Positions 1 through 11,636 are shown, numbered from the stretch's first letter. The stretch: DNA of 64,000 nt from Octopus sinensis (GCF_006345805.1 NC_043014.1:45818001-45882000), one strand, 5' to 3'. The notes: generated from the letters alone by a model not told the origin. Made by a program: numbers and translations.

Positions 1-31
1 TATATATATATGTATGTATACATATATACAA

Positions 32-192
32 TGGGCTTCTTTCAGTTTCCGTCTACCAAATCCACTCACAAGGCTTTGGTCGTCCCGAGGCTATAGTAGA
101 AGACACTTGCCCAAGGTGCCACGCAGTGGGACTGAAACCGGAACCATGTGGTTGGTAAGCAAGCTACTTACCACACAGCCACTCCTACGCCT
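32..192 (-). mobile_element. SINE family A, 5' part
   Basis: Reverse complement of the head aggcg-aggagtggctgtgtggtaag...ggttcagtccc (A-box/B-box-like) shared by about 30 copies in the window; abuts (TA)n at the window start. Confidence 0.85.
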
Positions 193-444
193 ATGTATGT
201 ATATTTTCTTTTTTTTTTTTACCTTTAAATCTTGAGTGATTCTCGTTATTTCAGGTGGCCACAAGACACCACTGGACAATGATTAGAATATGGACATTTG
301 GTTTCACTGATAATGATGATGATGATGCTGATGAGGACAAGGAGGAAAATGAGAATAACAGATGGTGGTATGCCAGCATGGAACATGAACATTAAATGAT
401 GATGATGATGATAATGATATAAAAACACAAGTACAGTGAGTGTA

Positions 445-594
445 GGTGGCATGTAAAAAGCACCAGCTACAATCACGGAGTGGTTGGCATTAGGAAAGGC
501 ATCCAGCTGTAGAAACACTGCCAAATCAGACTGGAGCCGTCCAACCCATGCTAGCATGGAAAACGGACGTTAAACGATGATGATGATGATGATT
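445..594 (+). mobile_element. Family C element, RTE-like 3' tail
   Basis: ggtggcatgtaaaaagcacc module, then tggttggcattaggaaaggcatccagctgtagaaac...catgctagcatggaaaacggacgttaaac and a (GAT)n tail. Confidence 0.75.
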
Positions 595-613
595 TTCATG
601 TTATTTTTTCCCC

Positions 614-1018
614 CAGAAATGTTAGCACGCTGGGTGAAATGCGTAGCCGTATTTCGTCTGCCGTTACGTTCAGAGTTCAAATTCCGCCGAGGTCGAATTT
701 GCCTTTCATCCTTTTGGGGTCGATAAATTAAGTACCAGTTACACACTGGGGTCGATGTAATTGACTTAATCTGTTTGTCTGTCCTTGTTTGTCCCCTCTG
801 TGTTTAGCCCCTTGTGGGGTAGTAAAGAAAAACGAATTTTGTCTGCCGTTATGTTCTGAAATCAAATTCCGCCGAGGTCGACTTTGCCTTTCATCCTTTC
901 GGGGTCGATAAATTAAGTACCAGTTACGCACTGGGGGATCAATGTAATCGACTTAGTCTCTTTGCCTGTCCTTGTTTGTCCCCTCTGTGTTTAGCCCCTT
1001 GTGGGTAGTAAAGAAATA
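614..1018 (+). mobile_element. SINE family B, tandem dimer
   Basis: Two head-to-tail units: B-box gagttcaaattcc, central gcctttcatcctttcggggtcgataaattaagtacc, tail agccccttgtgggtagtaaagaaa. Confidence 0.85.
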
Positions 1019-1920
1019 TATTTTATTTCCCAATCATATTTAGATCCCCACCACCACCACCACCACTCCTCCTGCCATTTTTTTGTGATCTGTTCTGGTT
1101 AATGCCTCCCCACCTGTCCTATCACCTATGCTAATAAAAGAAATTCCTTTCTTCTTATTGTCATCAACATCATGTATAGTTTATGACATTCATGAACTTT
1201 GCAGGTAAAGTCATCGCTTGTAAAGAAAGAAAGGTCAACCCTTTGGAAACTACAACAGAGGCTTAGATGAGGTCCCCTTTCCTCCAGCACCCACATCTAC
1301 CCCCTTAACGTCATTTACATACCTACAGACTTATTTACCTACCTACCTGTAAAGCCATGCATTATTTATAAAGTGATTTTACATTAAGAGCGGGGGGGGG
1401 GTCTAGTATCCACAATAAAACAGCTCTTCACTTTGAATGTTCCAGACAGATATACAAGAGATAAACACTTGTTAGGAGGGGGGGAAGGGTAGGAGGAACA
1501 GTTGTTACAAAAGATAAAGAGGATAAAAAGAAGGAACACTTATTAGGAAGGAGGGAGGGGATGAGGAACACTTGTTAGAAAGAAAAGGGGGTGGGCGGGA
1601 GAGAGAGAGAGAGAGAGTAGTTTTGATTTATGTCAACATATGTAGTAAACCAACACTCCATTAAAAGGCCATCCAGTAGATCCTTAAAGTTTCTCATAAA
1701 TATACATACAAGAGAGGAAACCAGGAGAGTTTTAGATGTTCATGCCTGCTCCCTTTTAACAAGGACATCACTTGTAAACCCAACTACAGCACTAAAATAA
1801 GACAAAAATCAAACACAAAAAAAAAAGGTTTCTGGTTTTCGTCCCTCTATCCTTCTTTCCCTAGTATCCCTTTCATCTAAATACCCATGAGCTAATATCA
1901 CCTGAGCACCTCTATACTCT

Positions 1921-2323
1921 TACTCTCTTTTACTTGTTTCAGTCATTTGACTGCGGCCATGCTGGAGCACCACCTTTAATCGAGCAACTCGGCCCCGGGA
2001 CTTATTCTTTTGTAAGCCCAGTACTTATTCTATCGGTCTCTTTTGCCGAACTGCTAAGTAACTGGGACATAAACACACCAGCATTGATTGTCAAGCAATG
2101 CTAGGGGGACAAACACAGACACACAAACACACACACGCATACATATATATACATATATACGACGGGCTTCTTTCAGTTTCCGTCTACCAAATCCACTCAC
2201 AAGGCTTTGGTCGGCCCGAGGCTATAGTAGAAGACACTTGCCCAAGGTGCCACACAGTGGGACTGAACCCAGAACCATGTGGTTGGTAAACAAGCTACTT
2301 ACCACACAGCCACTCCTGCACCT
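1921..2323 (-). mobile_element. SINE family A, full length
   Basis: Head, internal (CA)/(TA) microsatellite and tail ggtgctccagcatggccgcagtcaaatgactgaaacaagtaaaaga all present. Confidence 0.9.
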
Positions 2324-2358
2324 ATGTTTATTTCTCTTTTTAACATCTTTCTCTAAAG

Positions 2359-2455
2359 CAGTGTTTTTCAACCATTTTTTGCCCATGGACCCATTTGATA
2401 CCTTTTTCTTTACTACCCAACAAGGGGCTAAACACAATATTTTGTCCATCTTAAC
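2359..2455 (+). mobile_element. hAT-like MITE terminal fragment
   Basis: Begins cagtgtttttcaacc...tggaccc, similar to the terminus of the TSD-flanked element at 40003-40385. Confidence 0.4.
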
Positions 2456-2459
2456 ATTC

Positions 2460-2617
2460 TAAGTTCTAATTCTGCCGAGGTTGACTTTGCCTTTCATCCT
2501 TTTGGGGTTGATAAAATTAGTACCAGTCACACACTGGGGTCGATGAAATCAACTAATCCCTTATCCTTACCCCAAATTTCAGGCCATGTGCCTTTAGTAG
2601 AAAGGATTATTATTATT
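2460..2617 (+). mobile_element. SINE family B2 (B core, different tail)
   Basis: B-type central region followed by tail cccaaatttcaggcc-tgtgcct-tagtagaaaggattattatt. Confidence 0.7.
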
Positions 2618-2619
2618 CT

Positions 2620-2880
2620 GGCCTCCGTGCCGGTGGCACGTAAAAAGCACCATCCGACAGTGACCGTTTGCCAGCCCCGTCTGGCACCTGTGCCGGTGGC
2701 ACATAAAAAGCACCCACTACACTCACAGAGTGGTTGGCGTTAGGAAAAGCATCCAGCCGTAGAAACATTGCCAGATCAGACTGGGCCTGGTGCAGCCTTC
2801 TGGCTTCCCAGACCCCAGTTGAACCGTCCAACCCATGCTAGCATGGAAAGCGGATGCTAAATGATGATGATGACGATTAC
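2620..2880 (+). mobile_element. Family C element with two modules and RTE-like tail
   Basis: Two gccggtggcac(g/a)taaaaagcacc units, then the RTE-type tail and (GAT)n. Confidence 0.8.
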
Positions 2881-2927
2881 TATAATAATAATAATGATTA
2901 TTATTATTATTATTATTATTAAACTGT

Positions 2928-3150
2928 GGCGGTGAGCTGGTAGAATTGTTAGCATGTTGGATGAAATGATTAGCGGTATTTTGCCTGTTGCTACGTTCGG
3001 AGTTCAAATTCCACCACGGTCAACTTTGCTTTTTATCCTTTCAGGGCCAATGAAATAAGTACCAGTGAAACACTGGGGTTGATGTGATCAACTAGTCCCC
3101 TCCCCCAAATTTCAGGCCTTGTACCAATAGCAGAAAGGATCATTATTATT
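2928..3150 (+). mobile_element. SINE family B2, near full length
   Basis: Head ggcggtgagctggtagaattgttagc, B-box gagttcaaattcc, B2 tail with (ATT)n. Confidence 0.75.
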
Positions 3151-3160
3151 ATTATTATAT

Positions 3161-3303
3161 TGGCGTTAGGAAGGGCATCCAGTCGTAGAAACACTGCCAG
3201 ATCAGACTGGGCCTGATGCAGCCTTCCGGCTTCGCAGTCCCCAGTTGAACCGTCCAACCCATGCTAGCATGGAAAGCGGACGCTAAATGAAGATGATGAT
3301 GAT
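3161..3303 (+). mobile_element. Family C 3' tail
   Basis: tggcgttaggaagggcatccagtcgtagaaac...gacgctaaatgaagatgat. Confidence 0.75.
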
Positions 3304-3599
3304 GTTATTAGTATTATTATTATTATTATTATCATTATTAAACTACATGGAGAGAACAAGAAAGAAAAACAGAAGTCCATTAGAGACAGGACAGTCAATA
3401 AATATCACATTCTCAGGGTGGACCTTAAATAAATAGTAAAGAGTAGGAAAGGTGAGTCAGTGAAGGGTGGGGAAGAATCAAGAGGGTGTGTGAGTGTATG
3501 AATGTCTAGGTAAATATAGTGACAGAAAGGGTAGGAAAAGGGAAAGAAAGTAACACACAGAAGATGTAGAAAGAAAAAGAAACGATAAGGACAATGTAC

Positions 3600-3766
3600 T
3601 GTTAGTGAGAGAGAGATAGAGAGAGAGAGAGAGCATGAAAAAGGAAAAGAGGGTGGGAAAGAGAGCATTGTGGAAAGAGAATGAGAGAGACGCAGGATAC
3701 CGAAGAAAGAGAAAGAATGAGAAACATATAGGAGAGAGAGAGAGACAGACCGACAGACAGACCAAC

Positions 3767-3798
<32 letters not shown>

Positions 3799-3860
3799 CG
3801 ACAGACAAACAGACAGACAGACCAACAGAGAAAGAGAGAAAAGGAGAGAAGGAAAAAGAA
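3600..3860. repeat. (GA)n/(GACA)n purine-rich tract
   Basis: Directly visible GA and GACA runs. Confidence 0.9.
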
Positions 3861-4085
3861 ATAGAAAATAGGCCAAAAATTTGTAACTTTAAATGCTTCT
3901 AACTCTTTTATTATTAATTTTACCCCAAAAAATTTTTTTAAATGAATGCAATTTTTACCATCAACAAGTAAAACTACATCAAAAGAACATTTTTTTTTTT
4001 TGAAAATTTTCAGATTAAAATTTGAGAAAATATGAGTGGTTAGAAAAAAATAGAGAAAGATCCAACAAAACATTGGAGCCTAGGG

Positions 4086-4200
4086 CAGTGGTTCTTGACC
4101 ATTTTTGACCTATGGACCCCTTTAATTGCTGTTTTACTTGGAGGGGGCCCTTCTAACCATTTGATGTTTAAGAAATTAAATTATATTTTTAGAATTCAAA
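4086..4200 (+). mobile_element. hAT-like MITE terminal fragment
   Basis: Begins cagtggttcttgaccatttttgacctatggacccc. Confidence 0.45.
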
Positions 4201-4277
4201 CCTTTTACTGGTTTCAGTCATTTGACTGTGGCCATGCTGGAGCACCAAAAATTGTTGAAGTAGCCGTATAAGCAATT

Positions 4278-4370
4278 TCATCATCATTATTTAACCTCTG
4301 TTTTTCCATGCTAGCACGGGTTGGACGGTTCGACCGGGGTCTGGGAAGCCAGGAGGCTGCACCAGGCACA
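4278..4370 (-). mobile_element. Family C 3' tail fragment
   Basis: Reverse complement of cctggtgcagcctcctggcttcccagaccccggtcgaaccgtccaacccgtgctagcatggaaa. Confidence 0.7.
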
Positions 4371-4461
4371 GCTATTGCATGTAAATATGAACAATGAAGT
4401 CTTATGTGGACCCCACCCACCAAGGGCCATATGGGACCCTGGCTGTGAATCACTGGAGTAC

Positions 4462-4497
<36 letters not shown>

Positions 4498-5359
4498 TGA
4501 GTGAGTGATGGAGTATGCATGAGAGAGAAAGAATAAGAAATGGAGTATGCATGAGAGAGAAAGAATAAGAAATATAGTGGAAAAAGAGAGAGAGAGAGAA
4601 ATAGACTGAGAAACAGAGAAAAAGAGAGGAAAATAGAGGGAGAGTGAGTAAAAGGTTGTACTGCTGGGCTCTTGTGACAAATGCCAAATCTTTATTGCTC
4701 GGCTCCTCTGTGTGTGTGTAGATGTTTGTTTAACAAAGGTCAACCAAGAAGTACACAGGAAAATAATGAAGAGAGCAAATGATGTCTGTTTGAAGGAGGA
4801 CATCAAGAATTTGACCAACTGTTTATCTTAACACTAGCCACCCCCACTTCTTTACCCATGCACTCATCCTCAATAAAAGTTGTTGTCGTTTAACCCCAGG
4901 TCAGTCAGCCCTATGACGACTTGAAGAAATATTCTTTAGACACCCCTGAAAATATGACCAGCATAATCTTTTCAAGGATATATAAATACTACTTTCTTTG
5001 TCCTTTCTTATCTAAAAACTGTTTCTGCTTCAATAAAACAAAGTTTTTCAAGAATAATCAAATCCATTTAAATATGAAATGATGCTTCATCAGATTGACA
5101 TACCTTCTTAACTATTTGACGAAAAATATAGTTAATATAAACCACTAAATTCTTCGGATATTTAATATCCCTTAGGTGTATTTTACACCTAGCTAAACTG
5201 ATATATAACATGGCCAAGATATATATATATATCATCTATAAAAAAGAAACAAACAAATTCACTACTAACAACATTGGCTAATTATATAGGGTACACAATT
5301 TCTTGGTGGGGAAGATGATCATGGGGTCTGAAGATGTAATATATATATATATATATATA

Positions 5360-5467
5360 CAAGCAATGCCTTGATATATGAGTTAATTCATTCTTGGAAA
5401 AAACTCGTAAAAGCATGTAAACCTAGGGGTTTCAGAAAGTGGGTCCTCATAAAGTGAGGGGTTACTG
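5360..5467. mobile_element. Possible tiny pogo/Tigger-like MITE
   Basis: TA-flanked; degenerate inverted termini caagcaatgccttgatatatgag and (reverse complement) cagtaacccctcactttatgag. Confidence 0.35.
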
Positions 5468-5665
5468 TATATCTAATTAAAAAAAAAAAAAAAGAATGGG
5501 GGTGGGGATGAATTGAAACATTTACAAACTATTAGTTTGTGGCTATAATGAATTCAGCCACTATTTAGAGTAATGTCATTTAAAATTTTTAAAAATTACT
5601 TTGTTTTTACCATCTTAGGTATATCATCTTATCAAATAGAAAAGAAAAAGAACAAAAGAACTCAC

Positions 5666-5755
5666 CAGATTTTCGGTTAATTCATAACAGATAAAAGTAG
5701 TGTGGAATACACACACACACACTTACCTACAAATAAAAAAGAGAGAATATGTCAG
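5666..5755 (-). other. Candidate recursive splice site with 61-nt cryptic exon
   Basis: Minus strand reads CTGAC-atattctctcttttttattt-GTAG|GTAAGT; second donor CTG|GTGAGT 61 nt downstream; stops in all three frames between them. Confidence 0.5.
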
Positions 5756-5879
5756 AAGACGTGTCTTTTATTCAATACACATGATAACTTGTTTTCAAAA
5801 ACAAACATTATTCTTATCACAAATAACAATAATACTATTACTATAAACAGTATGAATAATAATACTTTCTGTTATTGGC

Positions 5880-6012
5880 ACAAAGCCTGAAATTTTTGGG
5901 CAGGGGTCTAGTCAATTATATTGACCCCAGTGCTCAACCGGTGCTTAATTTATCAACCCAAAAAGGATGAAAGGCAAAGTTGACATCGGTGGAATTTGAA
6001 CTCAGAATGTAA
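5880..6012 (-). mobile_element. SINE family B2 fragment
   Basis: aaggatgaaaggcaaagttgac...gaatttgaactcagaatgt is the reverse complement of the B core. Confidence 0.7.
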
Positions 6013-6184
6013 AGAAGGCGCAGGAGTGGCTGTGTGGTAAGTAGCTTGGTTACCAACCACATGGCTCCGGGTTCAGTCCCATTGCGTGGCACCTTGGGCA
6101 AGTGTCTTCTACTATAGCCCCAGGCCGACCAAAGCCTTGTGAGTGAATTTGGTAGACAGAAACTGAAAGAAGCTTGTCATATAG

Positions 6185-6378
6185 CTCCTGCACGCATTTT
6201 TTTTCTCTCCTTGTTTCTCTCAGTGTTTCTTTTCTGTGTATCTTTCTGTTGAAGAGCGTAGGCTCGAAACATAAAAGACTTGTTTTACTTCTATTCCTGA
6301 GCGCCATACTAATACAATTGTTTATTTGTACTCCACCTGCCTTCGTCTTTTGTTTATTTTCATAAAGTTTCCCATTAT
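6185..6378 (+). mobile_element. Penelope-like element terminal fragment
   Basis: Pyrimidine-rich leader, hammerhead-like motif, downstream ttcctgagcg...taata motif shared with 25875-26060 and 61625-61826; ends at (TA)n. Confidence 0.6.
6241..6278 (+). ncRNA. Minimal type-I hammerhead-like motif, variant core CUGUUGA
   Basis: Stem I tcttt/aaaga; core ctgttga+a; stem II gagc-gtag-gctc; gaa; stem III acat (one change from palindromic acgt); then a. Confidence 0.55.
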
Positions 6379-7811
6379 ATATATATATATATGTAAGTGT
6401 GTGTATATGTTTGTGTGTCTGTGTTTGTCCCCCTAACATCGCTTGACAACCAATGCTGGTGTGTTTATGTCACTGTAACTTAGCGGTTCGGCAAAAGAGA
6501 CCGATATAATAAGTACTGGGCTTACAAAGAATAAGTCTTGGGGTCGATTTGCTCGACTAAAGGTGGTGCTCCAGCATGGCCGCAATCAAATGACTGAAAC
6601 AAGCAATAGAGTATGGATGCAATGCCACTAAGCATGTTGTCTGCCATGCTAACAATGCAAATAACAACGAATGACGACATATTCATTCTTAATAGATTCT
6701 GGCAGATTCAAATATGAATATGTTAATTGCTGTTGTATTTTGTCATTGTAGAACAACTCCATTCAGACAATGTGTGTTCACGATACACTCGATTCATTAG
6801 CATAAAGGAGACTTTAGAACACCTAATGTTTCAACATCATTGTATCCCCTCAGCTAAAGTTGCTCTGGACAAATAAATCTAAGTCTGTATCTCTTCATCA
6901 TAAATTCAACAAACAAATTGTTTGCTGGTGCATGCTGATATCTACCAGTTGATAATAATATCTACTATAGGTATACGAACCAAAGAAGTCCATCATATGC
7001 ATATTAAATTATGTATGCGTGCATGTATGCATGTGTGTGTGTCTTGTTTGTCACCCATCACTACTTGACAACTAGTGTTGGTTTGTTTTCATCCCCATCA
7101 CTTACTGATTCAACAAAAATGAATGATAGAATAAGGTACAAGGCCATTTGGGTAGGGTGTAATTTGAGGAAGATTTACTGCTGTTTCTAGCAGATTGAGT
7201 GACTGCTGACCTAAATTAACCCTCAAGTCAACAACATAGCTTCAAAGTGAGTTGTTCAATGTGGAAGACATAGCAGCGTAATCTCCCTCGAATCACACTT
7301 TATCATCTATAAAAAACAAACAAACAAATTCACCACCACCAGCATTGGCTAATTATATAGGGTACACAATTTCTTGGTGGGGAAGATGATCATGGGGTCT
7401 GGGGTCTGAAGATGTAATGCCTTTGATCTTCACCAGGAGCTAACAACACCAACAACAACGGCAATGATAATAATAACCCACACAAAGTCCAAGAGGACAT
7501 TTTAATTTATTTTTAAATCAACAAGTTATTGGCTGCGACTGGATAATTACAGGTACTGAGGAGTCAGTGAAGTGAATGAATTCAAGCGTGAAATGAACCG
7601 ATGTGACATAACAAACTTAAATAACAGGCAAGAGAACAAACAGTTTAACCCTAATAAGACCAACCAGCCTGAGACCGCTTCTGGATCTATGATACAACCT
7701 TCCCTCTTTTAAAAGTTTATCAAAATTACAACCTTCCATCAAAATTCCAAGTTAATTTATGCTCCAAACACCAGCTTAATATAGAGTTATTTTAATAATA
7801 ATAATAATAAT

Positions 7812-7975
7812 GCGCAGGAGTGGCTGTGTGGTAAGTAGCTTGCTTACGAACCACATGGTTCCGGGTTCAGTCCCACTGCGTGGCACCTCGGGCAAGTGTC
7901 TTCTACTATAGCCTTGGGCCAACCAAAGCCTTGTGAGTGGATTTGGTGGACGGAAACTCAAAAGAAGCCCGTCGT
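7812..7975 (+). mobile_element. SINE family A, 5' part
   Basis: Head gcgcaggagtggctgtgtggtaag through gaagcccgtcg. Confidence 0.85.
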
Positions 7976-7976
7976 A

Positions 7977-8013
<37 letters not shown>

Positions 8014-8077
8014 GTGTGTGTGTGTATGTGTGTGTGTGTTTGCATCCCCATCACTTATATATATATACATATATACA

Positions 8078-8230
8078 ACGGGCTTCTTTTGAGTTTCCGT
8101 CTACCAAATCCACTCACAAGGCTTTGGTCGGTCCGAGGCTATAGTAGAAGACACTTGCCCAAGATGCCACGTAGTGGGACTGAACCCGGAGCCATGTGAT
8201 TCATAAGCAAGCTACTTACCACACAGCCAC
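8078..8230 (-). mobile_element. SINE family A, 5' part, inverted relative to 7812-7975
   Basis: Reverse-complement head about 100 bp downstream of the plus copy. Confidence 0.85.
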
Positions 8231-9199
8231 ACTTTATAATAATAATAATGATCCTTTCTACTACAGACACAACACCTGCAGTTTTAGTAAGACACCACAA
8301 GTACCATCTTCACTACAACCACCACTAGGGCCAGAGTTAACCATCCTTACTACCAACTAAACAACAACCTCTCAACAAGTATAGCCATGGGCCCCACCAT
8401 CAGTATAATTACCACTGCCACCACAAACTGCTAGAGTCACCACCACAGTTCCCTTCACCACCACTGCTGCCACTGCCATCACCAGACTACGGGTATTGTG
8501 TTTGAGACCTGACCCTTGAAGGCCCTCTCCTTTTACATTTATTGCTCTTCCCTCCTCACCCCTAGCTCTCTCTTTCTCAGTCATATTTTAAGGGTGTTGA
8601 GTTCAATTATACCCTTTTCACTCCAGTACAGATTTTATTTTATGGTCTACAGAGATGTGAACAGACTTGAGAGGAGGTGGAGGAGGAGGTTGAAAACCAG
8701 AGGGAGGAGGAGGTGGCGTGAAATATTTTAACACAATCTATGTAAAGAGGGGGGATTGCTTAACAGAGGTGGAGAGTACTGTTGAACTGAAGTGATTTAC
8801 AAGGGATATATTTCATTGCCAAAGCTTCCAGTTCAAACTCTGTGTCAGTAGAGAGAGAGAGAGAGAAAGCAATGGTGGGATGCGAGGTGGGGGATAAAGA
8901 GAAAGAAGAGAGATGAAATATGCTCCAGTATTTTCTGATTTTTTTGGCTTACTCCTTTGGTAAGAAAAATTCTCAGTTGGAGATGGAAGGAAAAATAATG
9001 ACAGTAGCTGTGAAGATGATGATGGCTACGGTTGCAATTAATGATGATGATGATGGTGGTGGTGGTTCTGATAGCTGCTACACCCCCACCACATCACCAC
9101 AATACTAAATGTCCCTACTGTCAAGATTCTGCTTTTTTTTGTTGTTTTTTTTCCTAGTCAGGTAGGAAAAAAAAAACAAGAAAAAAATAGAATCTTGAC

Positions 9200-9478
9200 A
9201 GTGGCTTACTGGTTAAGAAACTTGCTTTGCAACCAGCCATATGGTTTTGAGTTCAGTTTCATTGTGAAGCACTTTGGTCGGCCCAGGGTTATAGTAGAAG
9301 ACACTTGCACAAAGCCTTGTGAGTACATTTAGAAGACAGAAACTGGGTGGAAGCCCAACATACGTAGGCATTTGTCTGTGTGTGTGAGTATGTGTGTTTA
9401 TACCACCCACCAACTAGAGTTGGTTTGTTTACATCCCTGAAACTTAGTGCTTTGCTACAAGAGTCTTAAAGAATAAGT
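9200..9478 (+). mobile_element. SINE family A, old diverged copy
   Basis: gtggcttactggttaagaaacttgc...gttcagtttc...agtagaagacacttgc...aagaataagtac. Confidence 0.6.
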
Positions 9479-9479
9479 A

Positions 9480-9620
9480 CTCTTTCGCCACAACTTTCTC
9501 TCACTCTTCTGTTGGCCTGCTTGCTTAGCCAGCAGGGTGGTGTCACTTGAAGGCTAAAACAATGCAAAGCGCATTGTGACCAGCGATGTGTAGCAACATC
9601 TGATAGCCTGGTCGGTCACG

Positions 9621-9624
<4 letters not shown>
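9480..9624 (+). mobile_element. SINE family E, 3' part
   Basis: Tail gaaggctaaaacaatgc...gcaacatctgatagcctggtcggtcacggtg running into (TA)n. Confidence 0.75.
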
Positions 9625-9672
<48 letters not shown>

Positions 9673-9695
9673 ATATATAGATATATCTATATATA

Positions 9696-9991
9696 TCACG
9701 TGACTGACCAGTCCATCAGATGTAGTTACACATTGCTGGTCACAATGCGTTCGCATTGTTTTAGCCTTCGAATGACACCACCCCGCTGGCTAAGCGAGCA
9801 GGCCAACAGAAGAAAGAGTGGGAGAAAGAGTGGTGAAAGAGTACAGCAGGGATCACCACCCCCTGCCGGAGCATCATGGAGCTTTTAGGTGTTTTCGCTC
9901 AATAAACACTCACAACGCTTGGTCTGGGAATCGAAACCGTGATCCTATGACCGCGAGTCCGCTGCCCTAACCACTAGGCCATTGCACCTCC
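9696..9991 (-). mobile_element. SINE family E, full length (tRNA-Arg-like head)
   Basis: Head gg-ggtgcaatggcctagtggttagggcagcggactcgcggtcataggatcacggtttcgattccc; (TA)n on both sides. Confidence 0.85.
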
Positions 9992-10002
9992 ACATATCTA
10001 TA

Positions 10003-10042
<40 letters not shown>

Positions 10043-10395
10043 GTGAATGTGTGTGTAGCACTTATTGCATCACTGAAATCCAAGTGACATTCTTAGCAAA
10101 AATGTTTTAATTCCCTTAGAGACTGCCATTAACTGTGACTTTCCTTGGCTTCCAGAATTTGAAGAAAATCTATTTCAAGCAACAAATATCAACCAGCACT
10201 AGAAACCACTATTAACACTTTTAAATTTAATTAAAAGTAAGTAAAATAACACAAACATACACATAGGTGTGTTGAGTCTATGTAATTGCTCAGTATGCTA
10301 GAGAGAGCAGCCAAATCTCCCAACCCCCACCAAAAAAAAAACACCCTGACCCTATCAGTTTGGTGCTGATTTCCCTTGAGGATTACACGAAGCAT

Positions 10396-10560
10396 AGGCG
10401 CAGGAGCGGCTGTGTGGTAAGTAGCTTGCTTACCAACCACATGGTTCCGGGTTCAGTCCCACTGCATGGCACTTTGGGCAAGTGTCTTCTACCTATAGCC
10501 TCGGGCCGACCAAAGCCTTGTGAGTGGATTTGGTAGACGGAAACTGAAAGAAGCCTGTCA

Positions 10561-10605
<45 letters not shown>

Positions 10606-10831
10606 ATATATATATATGCGTGTGTGTGTTTGTGTGTCTGTGTTTTTTCCCCTAGCATTGCTTGACAACCGATGCTGGTGTGTTTATGTCCCCGTTACTT
10701 AGCAGTTCGGCAAAAGAGACCGATAGAATAAGTACTAGGCTTACAAAAGAAGAAGTTCCGGGGTCGAGTTGCTCGATTAAAGGCGGTGCTCCAGCATGGC
10801 CTCAGTCAAATGACTGAAACAAGTAAAAGAG
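10396..10831 (+). mobile_element. SINE family A, full length
   Basis: Head, internal (TA)/(TG), tail. Confidence 0.9.
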
Positions 10832-11636
10832 CAACTAAATTAGCAGCTTCTGGATAAATCTATCAGGTTATTTATGAACCAAAAATGAAGGTATCTACAT
10901 GGTTGCCTAATCTGCTAAAAATAGCAGCCAATTTCCCTTGCATTACAATCTAGCATTTGAAAGTTGGGATGGTCACATTACCGAAGTATTTTTGATCTGT
11001 TAGATCTGGGTTAACATAAGCAAAATAACCTGGTTATTATTTTCATGCATTTTGAAAGAAAATTTATTTTTTTTAACTATATACTTCAAAACAATTGTTG
11101 CCGGACAACTTAGCAAGTCGCATGAAAACAAACCAATATATATATATATATATATGAATAAATAAAACATAAAAAATAACCACAACCCATTCTCATGTGC
11201 ACACACAATTAATCTTTGTACTTATCTGTGGAAATAAAAACCTTGTTTAGATAAAGCAGTTTGTCCCATTATATAGGACAATGACAACTAAGCGAGCAAT
11301 TGATACTTTGCTGGGTGACTAATTCAAAGGTAATACAAGATTACTTTAGTTTAAGATAAGCACTTGATTGTTGAAATTCAAAAATTATATACTATGCAGA
11401 AGAGCAGGTTAGAGTAAACGTGTTGCGTTTGTAGGAAAACTGTAACAAGGCCTGCCATTATTTTTTTTTTTATCTTCTGCTTGTTTTGGTCATGCTGGGG
11501 CACTCTTCCTTGAAGGTTTTTAATAGAACAAATTGACTCCATTTCTGTGTGCTTGTGTACATGCATATTCACGAGTATGCACACTTTCATATATGTGAGT
11601 GCACACTCTTACACACACACACACACACAGAGTTCC

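Larger units (their letters stand above)
6017..6612 (+). mobile_element. SINE family A, full length, interrupted by a Penelope-like fragment
   Basis: Head 6017-6180 and tail 6380-6612 are separated by about 190 bp of foreign sequence at the microsatellite position. Confidence 0.85.
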
